Below are positions 36,964-46,571 of a stretch of DNA of 53,971 nt, one piece after another; position 1 is the stretch's first letter; each line of letters starts with the position of its first letter. A program made the position numbers and the translations under genes. Below the pieces are notes generated by a model. That model searched no databases. It was not told the origin of the DNA and saw nothing but the letters and a program-made list of their open reading frames with translations. Source of the stretch: a virus (taxonomy: Duplodnaviria > Caudoviricetes); the IMG/VR virus record IMGVR_UViG_3300032292_000484, positions 1 through 53,971 of that record. The stretch is one strand, 5' to 3'.

Positions 36964-37149
36964 ATGGAAAATAAAGCAGAACTTATTATTATGGCACTAC
37001 AGCAACGCATTGGTGAATTAGTATCTAACTATGAAACACAGATTGCCGTTCTAAGAGCAGAGATAACTCAATATTCTCAGGAACAAGAAGAAAAGAAAGC
37101 AGCAGCAGAAGATTATTCAAATAGTCTTGAAGAAAAAATAGCTAACTAA
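36964..37149 (+). CDS. small coiled-coil hypothetical protein
   Basis: RBS-like GGGGTGGA; heptad pattern. Confidence 0.6.
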   Translation: MENKAELIIMALQQRIGELVSNYETQIAVLRAEITQYSQEQEEKKAAAEDYSNSLEEKIAN

Positions 37150-37162
37150 CCATAGGGACATA

Positions 37163-37354
37163 ATGCTAAATTGTAAAAGATGCAAAGGTCGTGTCTTTGT
37201 GGATAGACAGTACACAACTGCTGAACATTTAGAAACAGCCTGTATTACATGTGGTGATAGAAAATTTTATCATCCACCTTCGGCAACCAAAGAGGGAAAA
37301 TGGATACTTCAAAAGGAAAAATCCAGAGCCAAGCATACAATAACGAACCTGTAA
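37163..37354 (+). CDS. zinc-ribbon protein
   Basis: CKRCKG...CITCG. Confidence 0.6.
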   Translation: MLNCKRCKGRVFVDRQYTTAEHLETACITCGDRKFYHPPSATKEGKWILQKEKSRAKHTITNL

Positions 37355-37842
37355 TAAAAGGTAAGGTTAAGGTTTGGTTTATTAATGGTGACCTTGTAAG
37401 GGTTTATCATAGTACACGTTCTACTGGTATGGTTACATTCTATAATATAACTAAAGATCGTTTAGAAACATGTCTGCTTGCTGACTTTAAAAAAAATCGT
37501 GAGCGTGCATATAGTGTATCAGAAACAGCTAAACTTATCAATAGGCATAGGAAATATATTCCAAGTCTAATTAAACGAGGAGTTATACCCGCACCAATTG
37601 GAGCAACGCTTGATGGAGAAAGAGGATTTAAAATTAGATCCTATTACTCTGAATCACACGTTAGGGAGATACGTGCTATACTTGCAAGTATACATATTGG
37701 ACAACCAAGAAAAGACAAATTAATAACAAACAACATGACTCCTACAAGCCAAGAATTGACAAGGCGAATGGGAGACGGTATACTTACATATACGAGAACA
37801 GAAGATGGACGATTTATTCCAGTGTGGAATGAGTCTATATAA
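37300..37842 (+). CDS. MerR-like helix-turn-helix DNA-binding protein
   Basis: AYSVSETAKLINRH....LIKRGVIPAP....RSYYSESHVREIR fits a MerR/excisionase-type winged HTH. Confidence 0.65.
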   Translation: MDTSKGKIQSQAYNNEPVIKGKVKVWFINGDLVRVYHSTRSTGMVTFYNITKDRLETCLLADFKKNRERAYSVSETAKLINRHRKYIPSLIKRGVIPAPIGATLDGERGFKIRSYYSESHVREIRAILASIHIGQPRKDKLITNNMTPTSQELTRRMGDGILTYTRTEDGRFIPVWNESI

Positions 37843-37860
37843 TTTAGAAATGGGTGGGTA

Positions 37861-38067
37861 ATGGAAAACGAAGATACAAAGGTAAATGTAACACTAGGAT
37901 ATACTCTTAATTTAGGAAATTTTCAATCACTTAGGCTTGATCTTGGCGTTGTTGACTCAGCACGTAATGGAGAAAGCATCAATCAAACTTTTGAGCGTGT
38001 ATACAAGTTTGTTGAAGATAAGCTTACTGAAAAAATTCAAGAAGCAAAATCTGAAATTTCAGAGTAA
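37861..38067 (+). CDS. hypothetical protein
   Basis: GYTLNLGNFQSLRLD; TAATG coupling to the next gene. Confidence 0.6.
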   Translation: MENEDTKVNVTLGYTLNLGNFQSLRLDLGVVDSARNGESINQTFERVYKFVEDKLTEKIQEAKSEISE

Positions 38068-38375
38068 TGGCTGAACGCAAAGACCGAATGGCTTTGCTTA
38101 GTAGATACTCAAAATTGCATACAGCAAAATATGAGCAAAAGCCATCCTTAAATTTAAATGTTGAACAGTGGGCAGCAGACGGACTAGTTGAGTCATATGG
38201 AATGTCACAGTGCTATGAGTTGCTGGATTATTATTTTTCTGTTGCACAAGAAACAAGCTGGAACTATTTTGCTTACAACGCAGAAAAGATTCTTAATGGT
38301 AAACTAGATGTAGAGCAAGACATAAAAGACAGACAAGAGCGCAGGAAAAAAGCAAAGGAGTGGCTAAGTGAATAA
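38067..38375 (+). CDS. hypothetical protein (possible helicase loader / initiator)
   Basis: Coupled upstream of the helicase; function from position only. Confidence 0.5.
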   Translation: MAERKDRMALLSRYSKLHTAKYEQKPSLNLNVEQWAADGLVESYGMSQCYELLDYYFSVAQETSWNYFAYNAEKILNGKLDVEQDIKDRQERRKKAKEWLSE

Positions 38376-39591
38376 TACAGAGGCTAAAGTAATTTCAGCG
38401 GTATTACAAGACAAGCAGCTCCATGTATTATTACAGGCAAATGTAGAGACACTGCTCAGAACCCATAATGACGTATGGAATTTTATTCGTCTATATGCAG
38501 AAAATAATGGAACAGTACCACCTTCATCTTTGGTAGTAGAGCGATTTAGAGATTTTGAAATAATCAAAGATATTGGTGCAACAAAACACCACCTTGAAGA
38601 ATTACAGACCGAGTATTTAAATGATACTCTTAAAGATATATTAAGATCCGCTGCAACTGAGGTACAGTCTGGCCAAGGAGTGTTGGCACTTGAAGAGCTA
38701 ATTACTAAGACATCTACACTAAAGAAAAATACAGCATCTATCCGTGATATTGATGCAACAGATATTGATTCTGCTATTGCATATTTTGAAAATGTCAAAG
38801 AACAAAATGCACTAGGAAAGCGTGGTATTAAAACAGGGCTTCCAGGATTTGATAACTATCTACCTTCTGGAATTATGCCAGGCCAGCTAGGAGTCTTTTT
38901 AGCATACCCAGGTATAGGAAAGTCATGGATGGCCCTGTACTTCGCTGTACAGGCCTGGAAACAGGGTAAGACACCCCTTATTATCTCTCTTGAGATGAGC
39001 GAGACAGAAGTACGCAACCGTGTATTTACTATTATGGGCGAAGGTCTTTGGTCACACCGCAAACTTTCAAATGGTGAAGTTGAACTTGACATGATGAAGA
39101 AGTGGCATACAGACAAAATTAATGGTCGCCCACCCTTCCATATTATCTCTAATGACTCTGGTGGTGAGGTAACTCCTTCTGTAATCCGTGGAAAACTAGA
39201 TCAGTATAAGCCAGACTTTGTTGTGGTTGATTATCTTCAACTGATGAGTCCAAACCAAAAGGCTGATAACGAAACGGTAAAGATGAAAAATCTTTCTCGT
39301 GAACTAAAGCTTATGGCTATTAGTGAAGAAGTACCTATCATTGCTATATCATCTGCAACACCTGATGATGTTAAAGATATGTCTAGTGTTCCTACACTTG
39401 CACAGACTGCTTGGTCAAGACAGATTGCCTATGATGCTGACTGGGTTATGGCACTTGGTCGTGCAAGCAATAGCGATATTATTGAGTGTGCCTTCAGAAA
39501 AAACCGTAATGGTTTTATGGGAGACTTTCTAGTCCAGTGTGACTTTGACAAGGGCTACTATCGTTACAAGGATTTTGAAGATGGTAAGTAA
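38368..39591 (+). CDS. dnaB: DnaB-like replicative helicase
   Basis: GIKTG...D, AYPGIGKS (Walker A), ISLEMS, VVVDYLQLM (Walker B), SRELK.MA, I.YDAD, KNRNG. Confidence 0.92.
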   Translation: MNNTEAKVISAVLQDKQLHVLLQANVETLLRTHNDVWNFIRLYAENNGTVPPSSLVVERFRDFEIIKDIGATKHHLEELQTEYLNDTLKDILRSAATEVQSGQGVLALEELITKTSTLKKNTASIRDIDATDIDSAIAYFENVKEQNALGKRGIKTGLPGFDNYLPSGIMPGQLGVFLAYPGIGKSWMALYFAVQAWKQGKTPLIISLEMSETEVRNRVFTIMGEGLWSHRKLSNGEVELDMMKKWHTDKINGRPPFHIISNDSGGEVTPSVIRGKLDQYKPDFVVVDYLQLMSPNQKADNETVKMKNLSRELKLMAISEEVPIIAISSATPDDVKDMSSVPTLAQTAWSRQIAYDADWVMALGRASNSDIIECAFRKNRNGFMGDFLVQCDFDKGYYRYKDFEDGK

Positions 39592-40507
39592 AGAGATTTA
39601 CACAGAAGAGCAGATTCGTCGTGTTCTCAATGGTGCAGGAATGGATATTGAAGCTGAGTTTGGTAATGATTTTATTATCTATTGCCCATATCATAATAAC
39701 AGCAGAACACCTGCTGGTGAAGTAGCAAAGGATAGTGGACTTTTCTTTTGTTTTGGATGTCAGGTAACAAAAAATCTTGTTGAGTTAATAATGTTTACTT
39801 CTAATAGATCCTATTTTGAAACAGTACGTTATATCAAAGGCAAAGAACATCAGTCTGATATACAAACCATTGTAGGAAAAGCATTATATGCACCACCTGA
39901 TTTTGTCCAGTATGATGAACTGTTAATTAAAAGATTAAACAAGCAAGCAATTGATACACCACGAGCAATGAATTATTTTAATGGTCGTAGACTTACTAAA
40001 GATTCAGTTATTAAGTTTGACTTAGGATACTCTGAGAAGCAAGGTTCTATAACCATACCAGTGCACTCACCTGACGGAATGTGTATTGGTTTTGTTGCTA
40101 GAACAATTGAAGGTAAAGAGTTTAAGAATACACCAGGGCTTCCAAAAAGTAAGGTTCTGTTTAACTTGCATAGGGTCAAGAGTTCTAGTATAGTATATGT
40201 AGTGGAATCATCTTTTGATGCAATACGATTAGATCAAGTAGGTTTTCCAGCAGTTGCAACGCTGGGTGCTAATGTGTCTGTATCTCAGATCAGACTATTA
40301 GAAAAGTACTTCAACAATGTTGTACTTATTGCAGACAACGATGAAGCTGGCGCTATTATGAAAGATAAGCTAATTGAAAAGTTAGGATCTCTTGTAACAG
40401 TTGTTAGTTTAGACAAAAAATATAAAGACATAGGAGACATGGATGATGATGAGATTAAAAAGCTGGAGTTCCAGTTTGACAATTCAATCATATCTATGCT
40501 AAAATAA
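39581..40507 (+). CDS. dnaG: DNA primase (CHC2 zinc finger + TOPRIM)
   Basis: CPYH...CFGC, GFVAR, LFNL, VVESSFDA, ADNDEAG, KDIGD; likely start ATG 39581. Confidence 0.9.
   Translation: MVSKEIYTEEQIRRVLNGAGMDIEAEFGNDFIIYCPYHNNSRTPAGEVAKDSGLFFCFGCQVTKNLVELIMFTSNRSYFETVRYIKGKEHQSDIQTIVGKALYAPPDFVQYDELLIKRLNKQAIDTPRAMNYFNGRRLTKDSVIKFDLGYSEKQGSITIPVHSPDGMCIGFVARTIEGKEFKNTPGLPKSKVLFNLHRVKSSSIVYVVESSFDAIRLDQVGFPAVATLGANVSVSQIRLLEKYFNNVVLIADNDEAGAIMKDKLIEKLGSLVTVVSLDKKYKDIGDMDDDEIKKLEFQFDNSIISMLK
40476..40505 (+). promoter_or_regulatory. sigma70-type promoter TTGACA-18-TAAAAT with TG extension
   Basis: Embedded in the primase 3' end; AAGGAG RBS before ATG 40538. Confidence 0.7.
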
Positions 40508-40537
40508 AAACAATAACAAAAAAAGGAGCATGACAAA

Positions 40538-41194
40538 ATGGCAATTGTAAAAGGATTAAAAAACATTAACGCATTAGTAGACAAGCCAAAGTTTGAAGGC
40601 ACAGGTGCAAAGGTACGTTGGTTTAAGATCGCAGATGGTCAAGCAGTAAAGATTCGCTTTATTGAAGAACTTGATGAAGATTCAGCAAATTATAATGAAG
40701 CACGTGGACTTGCACTAGTTGTGTCAGAACACACAAATCCAAAGGACTACAAGCGTAAGGCTGTAGATACTATGGAATCAGAAGGTCGTGACTGGGCAGA
40801 AGAAATGCACCGCAAGGATATGAAGGCTGGCTGGCGTGCACGTCTTCGTTTTTATTGCAACGTTCTTGTAGATGACGGCATTGATGCACCATATGTTGCA
40901 ATTTGGAACATGGGCGTTAGCAAGCAATCTGCATTTAATACTATTCGTGAGTATGCACTTGAAACAGGTAGCATCTCAAATCTTACTTGGAAAGTAAAGC
41001 GTAATGGTCAGGGTACTGAAACAAGCTATACACTTATTCCAAGTTCTCCAGATGCTGCTCCATTTGATTGGGCAGGGATTGAACCTTATCCGTTGGAGAA
41101 GGCACTTAACAAGGTTCCATACGCAGAACAAGAAGCCTTTTATTTAGGCTTTGATACTCCTTCATCTTCATCATCAGCAAATATTGACTGGTAA
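40538..41194 (+). CDS. single-stranded DNA-binding protein (gp32-like)
   Basis: Between primase and polymerase; WFKIADGQAVKIRF, KVKRNGQGTETSYTL; Ser-rich tail ending IDW. Confidence 0.65.
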   Translation: MAIVKGLKNINALVDKPKFEGTGAKVRWFKIADGQAVKIRFIEELDEDSANYNEARGLALVVSEHTNPKDYKRKAVDTMESEGRDWAEEMHRKDMKAGWRARLRFYCNVLVDDGIDAPYVAIWNMGVSKQSAFNTIREYALETGSISNLTWKVKRNGQGTETSYTLIPSSPDAAPFDWAGIEPYPLEKALNKVPYAEQEAFYLGFDTPSSSSSANIDW

Positions 41195-41197
41195 TAG

Positions 41198-44100
41198 ATG
41201 AACTACGTTGGCTTACATGTCCATACACACTACTCCTTAATGGATGGTGTTGCTACTCCAGAAGAATACGTGAACCGTGCAGTTGAGTTAGGAATGACAG
41301 CAATTGCCATTACTGACCACGGTACTTTATCTGGGCATAGGGAACTGCACCGTATTGCAAAAGCAAATGGAATTAAGCCAATACTTGGTGTAGAAGGCTA
41401 TATGACTACGAATATGGCGGACAAGAGAGGAAAGGCAGATCGTCCAGATCCTCTTGACCAAAATTATCATCATATAGTTCTTCTCGCCAAGAACCAACTA
41501 GGTTTAGAAAACCTTAATAAGATTAATGAAATTGCTTGGACAGATGGTTTTTTTAGTAAGCCAAGGTTTGATTTTGAAACATTGGCAAAGTATAAAGAAG
41601 GAATTATTGTTACATCTGCATGCCTTAGTGGTTGGATAGCAAAAGCTGTTGAACTAGGTGAGCTTGCAACTGCAAAGAAGCACATACAGTGGTTTAAAAA
41701 AGAATTTGGTGATGATTACTATATTGAGGTAATGCCACACAACCCTTCAGAAGTTAACAAGGGAATCATTGAACTTGCTGATGCAGCAAAGGTTAAGATT
41801 GTTGTAACACCAGACTGTCATCACTCTGACACAAGTCAAAAAGAAGTACAAGAACTTATGCTTCTTCTTAATACTCACGCCAAGTTACAAAAAGATGTAA
41901 GCTATGATAAGTCAAAAAAGCATGAATCTTTTATGGATCGTCTTGACTATCTTTATGGCGCAGATCGTATGATGAGTTTTAATAAGTTTGACATCCATCT
42001 TCTATCATATGATGAGATGAAAGATGCAATGCTAAAGCAGGGCATTGATCGTGAAGACATGTTTGTTTCTACCAATGAGATTGCCGACAAGGTTGAAGGG
42101 TACGATATTAAAGAACACCTAGATCTTCTTCCAGTACAGTATAAGAAGCCTATGGATGAACTTAAAAAGCTTGCTATTGAAGGCCTTAAGGAAAGAAAGC
42201 TAGACAAGAACGAAGAATACCTTGCACGCCTTGATGAAGAGTTAGAAATTATTGGAGAGAAAAACTTTGGTCCGTACTTTCTAGTTGTTCGTAACATGCT
42301 TAACTGGGCAAAGAGTGAGGGCATTATGGTTGGTCCAGGTCGTGGTTCTGCAGCAGGATCTTTGTTGTGTTATGCACTTGGCATCACAGACATTGATCCA
42401 ATCAAGCATGGCCTCTTGTTCTTCCGATTTATTAATCCAGACCGTAACGACTTTCCTGATATTGATTCAGATATTCAAGACACTCGTCGTGACGAAGTAA
42501 AAGATTATCTGGTTAGACAATACAGACACGTTGCATCTATTGCTACATTCTTACAGTTTAAAGATAAGGGTGTTGTAAGAGACGTTGCAAGATGTTTAAA
42601 CATTCCTTTGCCAGATGTTAACAAGGTACTCAAGGTTGTTGATACATGGGATGACTTCTGCACATCAAAGAATACCTACTGGTTTAGAGAAAAGTATCCA
42701 GAGGTGGAGCGCTACGGAGACCAGCTTCGTGGTAGAATCCGCGGTACTGGAATTCACGCAGCAGGAGTTGTAACAAGTAAAGATCCAATATTTAGGTACG
42801 CACCATTAGAAACAAGATCAGTAACTGGTCAAGATGAAAGAATCCCAGTAGTGGCAGTTGATATGGGTGAAGCAGAAAACATTGGTTTGATTAAGATTGA
42901 TGCTCTTGGTCTAAAGACCTTAAGCGTACTTAAAGACTGTATTGATATTATAAAAGAGCGTGAAGGAACAAAAATTGATTTATTAAAGATTGATATGGAT
43001 GATGCAAACGTTTATAACATGCTCTCTGACGGATACACTAAGGGCGTGTTTCAGTGTGAAGCAGCACCATACACAAACCTTCTAGTTAAGATGCGTGTAA
43101 AGAACCTTGCTGAACTTGCAGCATCAAATGCTTTAGTTCGTCCTGGTGCTATGAATACTATTGGTAAGTCTTATATTGCTCGTAAACATGGTCGTGAGAA
43201 CATTGATTATAAGCACCAAGTTATGAAATCATTTACGGAGGAAACTTATGGCTGTATTCTTTACCAGGAACAAGTTATGCAAGCATGCGTACAGCTTGGC
43301 GGTATGTCCATGTCGGAAGCAGATAAAGTTAGAAAGATCATTGGAAAGAAAAAAGATGCTAAAGAATTTGATGTATTCAAGGATCAATTTGTTAAGGGTG
43401 CTTCGCAATACCTTTCGCCAAATGATGCGTTAGATCTATGGCATGACTTTGAGGCTCACGCAGGGTACTCATTTAATAAGTCTCACGCAGTAGCATACTC
43501 AACACTATCATACTGGACAGCATGGTTAAAGTACCACTATCCACTAGAGTTTATGTTTGCACTTCTTAAGAATGAAAAAGACAAAGATGGAAGAACAGAG
43601 TATCTAATTGAGGCAAAGCGTATGGGTATTCCTGTAAAGCTTCCTCACCTTAATGATTCAGACATTGACTTTAAGATTGAAGGCAAGGGTATTCGGTTTG
43701 GACTAACTGGTATTAAGTATATATCTGACAAGATAGCTGAGAGATATATTGCAGGTCGCCCATTTGCATCATATAAAGATGTTGAAGAGTTTACATTTAC
43801 AAAAGGTAACGGAGTAAATAGCCGTGCACTACAGGCAATGAAATGTGTAGGAGCACTTACATTTCCAGACAATCCAGCCAATCCACAAGAAGTTAAAGAA
43901 AACTTATACGAGTATCTTAACCTTCCTGAGTTCAATACATCTATTCCACAACATTATTATGCTTACATTAATGATGTTGAAGAGTACGAAGAGACTGGAT
44001 CATTTGTATTGTTGGGTATGGTAAAATCAATTAAGCGAGGAACAGGATGGTCACGAGTTGAAATTTTGGACAAAACTGGTAGTGTCGGTGTATTTGATGA

Positions 44101-44473
44101 CGAAAATACGACTATTGAGACTGGTCGTACTTATCTTATTCTTGCAAGTGATAATAGGATTGTATCTGCAGTACCTGCTGACGAAATAAAAGGATCTAAA
44201 AGCTCTTTGGTAAAGTTTTTAAATTACAAGATGTTGCCATACAAAGAAGGAGAACACTTTGTAGTTTCATTTAAGCCAAGAGTAACTAAGGCTGGCAAGA
44301 AGATGGCATCTTTAGTTGTTGCAGATGCAGGCAGAGAGATGCATTCAATTGTTGTCTTTCCAATGCAGTTTGCTAAAGCTTACATGAAGATTGAAGAAGG
44401 CAGTGTATATAAATTTGATTTTGGAAAAACAAAGGATGGAACAGTTACAATGAATGAGGTGGAAAATGTTTGA
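41198..44473 (+). CDS. dnaE: DNA polymerase III alpha subunit (family C)
   Basis: PHP domain (LHVHTHYSLMDG, ITDHG, GVEGY), GRGSAAGS, PDIDSD, HAAGVV, KIDALGL, YQEQVM, YSFNKSHA; no intein. Confidence 0.95.
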   Translation: MNYVGLHVHTHYSLMDGVATPEEYVNRAVELGMTAIAITDHGTLSGHRELHRIAKANGIKPILGVEGYMTTNMADKRGKADRPDPLDQNYHHIVLLAKNQLGLENLNKINEIAWTDGFFSKPRFDFETLAKYKEGIIVTSACLSGWIAKAVELGELATAKKHIQWFKKEFGDDYYIEVMPHNPSEVNKGIIELADAAKVKIVVTPDCHHSDTSQKEVQELMLLLNTHAKLQKDVSYDKSKKHESFMDRLDYLYGADRMMSFNKFDIHLLSYDEMKDAMLKQGIDREDMFVSTNEIADKVEGYDIKEHLDLLPVQYKKPMDELKKLAIEGLKERKLDKNEEYLARLDEELEIIGEKNFGPYFLVVRNMLNWAKSEGIMVGPGRGSAAGSLLCYALGITDIDPIKHGLLFFRFINPDRNDFPDIDSDIQDTRRDEVKDYLVRQYRHVASIATFLQFKDKGVVRDVARCLNIPLPDVNKVLKVVDTWDDFCTSKNTYWFREKYPEVERYGDQLRGRIRGTGIHAAGVVTSKDPIFRYAPLETRSVTGQDERIPVVAVDMGEAENIGLIKIDALGLKTLSVLKDCIDIIKEREGTKIDLLKIDMDDANVYNMLSDGYTKGVFQCEAAPYTNLLVKMRVKNLAELAASNALVRPGAMNTIGKSYIARKHGRENIDYKHQVMKSFTEETYGCILYQEQVMQACVQLGGMSMSEADKVRKIIGKKKDAKEFDVFKDQFVKGASQYLSPNDALDLWHDFEAHAGYSFNKSHAVAYSTLSYWTAWLKYHYPLEFMFALLKNEKDKDGRTEYLIEAKRMGIPVKLPHLNDSDIDFKIEGKGIRFGLTGIKYISDKIAERYIAGRPFASYKDVEEFTFTKGNGVNSRALQAMKCVGALTFPDNPANPQEVKENLYEYLNLPEFNTSIPQHYYAYINDVEEYEETGSFVLLGMVKSIKRGTGWSRVEILDKTGSVGVFDDENTTIETGRTYLILASDNRIVSAVPADEIKGSKSSLVKFLNYKMLPYKEGEHFVVSFKPRVTKAGKKMASLVVADAGREMHSIVVFPMQFAKAYMKIEEGSVYKFDFGKTKDGTVTMNEVENV

Positions 44474-44783
44474 TGTTTTAGCAGAGAAGATACATGCAAA
44501 TGCAGTAGAAAAAGGATTTTGGGATAGACCAGCAGATGAAATCTTTGTAACAAAACAAATGATGATGATTGTGTCTGAAGTTGTTGAAGCAATGGAAGCA
44601 TTAAGAAAAGATATGGAGCCAAGCCAGCTGTCAGATGAGTTTGCGGACATTATTATTCGCACTCTAGATCTTTATGCAGGTATGCTAAAAGCAGGGTATG
44701 TAACTAAATCACTGGACTCTGCAGTCAAACAAAAGATGGAAAAGAATCAAGATAGGCCAAAGAAGCATGGGGTAAGATTCTAA
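44466..44783 (+). CDS. MazG-like nucleotide pyrophosphohydrolase
   Basis: SEVVEAMEA...DEFADIIIR.LD and KMEKN..RP.KHG. Confidence 0.8.
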   Translation: MFDVLAEKIHANAVEKGFWDRPADEIFVTKQMMMIVSEVVEAMEALRKDMEPSQLSDEFADIIIRTLDLYAGMLKAGYVTKSLDSAVKQKMEKNQDRPKKHGVRF

Positions 44784-45796
44784 TGGTAACAGTAGAAGAA
44801 GTATTGGCTCAGCTTAGCCCAAAGCTTAGAAAGACAGTAATGGCTGGAGATACTATCCCAGCAACACAGTATGCAGAGACACCCAGCTTTGGTTTAAACC
44901 GTGCTCTAAACGGTGGATTACCTTATGGTCGTCAAGTACTGGTATGGGGCTCTAAGTCCTCTGCAAAGTCCTCTCTGTGCCTTCAGATGATAGGTCTAGC
45001 ACAGAAGGAAGGAAAGATTTGTGCATGGATTGATGCTGAAATGTCATATGACAAGAAGTGGGCAGAAAGCCTTGGCGTAGATTCTTCAAAGCTTATTGTT
45101 TCTCAATGTCGTACAATTAATGAGATGGTTGATGTTGGAACTAATCTTATGAATGCAGGAGTTGATATTATTGTTATTGATTCTATAACTTCTTTATTAC
45201 CAGCAATCTATTTTGAAAAGGACTCAGATGAACTTAAACAACTTGAAAATACCAAACAGATTGGTGCAGAGTCTAGAGACTTTAGCAACGCTTGGAAAAT
45301 GCTTAATTATGCTAACAATAAGGTTAAGCCTACTATGCTTGTTCTTATTAGTCAATCTCGCAATAATATTAGTGCTATGTATACTAGCCAGCAGCCTACT
45401 GGTGGTCAGGCTACTAAGTTCTATTCTTCTACGGTTATTAAATTATTTTCATCGGAATCCGACAATCAAGCAATTAAAGGAAAGATTCATGTTGGAGATA
45501 AACTCATTGAAGAAAAGGTTGGTCGCAAGATTCGCTGGGAACTCCAATTTTCTAAGACTTCTCCTGGCTTTCAGTCTGGCGAGTATGACTTTTATTTCAG
45601 GGGAGATAATGTTGGTATTGATAGCATTGGTGATCTTGTTGATACGGCTGAAATGATGGGAATAGTAGAACGCACTGGAGCTTGGTATGTATTGCCAGAT
45701 GGTTCAAAAGTACAGGGTCGTGATGGTTTTGTAAACAGAGTAAGAGAAGATCTAGACCTTCAAGAGACAATAAAGAATAAAATTTTAAATGTCTGA
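44783..45796 (+). CDS. recA: RecA/UvsX-like recombinase
   Basis: TPSFGLNRALNGGLPYGR, CAWIDAE, IIVIDSI, ISQSR, TGGQATKFYSS, GAWY. Confidence 0.9.
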   Translation: MVTVEEVLAQLSPKLRKTVMAGDTIPATQYAETPSFGLNRALNGGLPYGRQVLVWGSKSSAKSSLCLQMIGLAQKEGKICAWIDAEMSYDKKWAESLGVDSSKLIVSQCRTINEMVDVGTNLMNAGVDIIVIDSITSLLPAIYFEKDSDELKQLENTKQIGAESRDFSNAWKMLNYANNKVKPTMLVLISQSRNNISAMYTSQQPTGGQATKFYSSTVIKLFSSESDNQAIKGKIHVGDKLIEEKVGRKIRWELQFSKTSPGFQSGEYDFYFRGDNVGIDSIGDLVDTAEMMGIVERTGAWYVLPDGSKVQGRDGFVNRVREDLDLQETIKNKILNV

Positions 45797-45965
45797 AAAA
45801 TTTAAGATATTCTCTGGAAAGTTTCCATGTAAAAAATGTAATGAAGAAGTTACATCTTTAAGGTTGTGGCTAGATAGCGCTGACCTCACATGGCTTTGCA
45901 GTCAAAAGCATTTATCCAAGGTCCCACTTATTATGACAAGGAAAGACTTTGAGCGAAAGATCTGA
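45789..45965 (+). CDS. 58-aa zinc-ribbon-like protein (below track cutoff)
   Basis: MSEKFKIFSGKFPCKKCNEEV...WLCSQKHLS...; fills the gap and overlaps both neighbours. Confidence 0.6.
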   Translation: MSEKFKIFSGKFPCKKCNEEVTSLRLWLDSADLTWLCSQKHLSKVPLIMTRKDFERKI

Positions 45966-46239
45966 GAGTAAAAGGATAGGTGCCAAGCAGCACAAGAACT
46001 CTGGTCGCAACACCCATAAGGGAGATGCAACATGGAAAAACTTTACTGTAGATTTTAAAGAGTGCTCTAAGTCCTTTACCTTAAATAAAGATGTATGGGC
46101 TAAAGCTGTTACAGATGCCATAAGAAATGGAAATGACCCAGCAATACTAGTAGTACTTGGTGATGGAAACTCAAAGGTAAGACTAATGATAACTGAATTT
46201 GAAATAATGGAACAATTGATAGGAGAAGAAAATGAGTGA
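45949..46239 (+). CDS. PD-(D/E)xK nuclease, Hjc-like Holliday junction resolvase
   Basis: SE..E...NSG....KGD....VDFKE...W.K. Confidence 0.6.
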   Translation: MSERSESKRIGAKQHKNSGRNTHKGDATWKNFTVDFKECSKSFTLNKDVWAKAVTDAIRNGNDPAILVVLGDGNSKVRLMITEFEIMEQLIGEENE

Positions 46240-46540
46240 ACAACAACAAACAACAATAGAGATGGTAGATGGATTATCTGAAATAGCAGACTATATGAAG
46301 GATGAAGAGCTAACGGCAGCGCTAACCTTCATTGCTAAGATCATTATTAAGCCAGATATTCCACTTAATGTGGCAACAGTAGAGATAGTCAGGCTTCAAG
46401 CAATAGCAGCAAAAATGGCTTTCAAGGCAACTTGGATGGCTAATGTTGACAAAAATGACAGGGCAAAAAAGAACATTTATTACACGGCAGCAGAATCAAT
46501 CAACAACTTGGTATCAGCACTCAAATATATTATGCGCTAA
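46232..46540 (+). CDS. hypothetical alpha-helical protein
   Basis: AGGAG RBS; clean ORF in the recombination block. Confidence 0.6.
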   Translation: MSEQQQTTIEMVDGLSEIADYMKDEELTAALTFIAKIIIKPDIPLNVATVEIVRLQAIAAKMAFKATWMANVDKNDRAKKNIYYTAAESINNLVSALKYIMR

Positions 46541-46542
46541 CC

Positions 46543-46551
46543 TGGTATACT
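46543..46551 (+). promoter_or_regulatory. extended -10 promoter TGGTATACT
   Basis: Intergenic motif; AAAGGA RBS before ATG 46572. Confidence 0.6.
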
Positions 46552-46571
46552 TATATAAACAAAGGAATATA

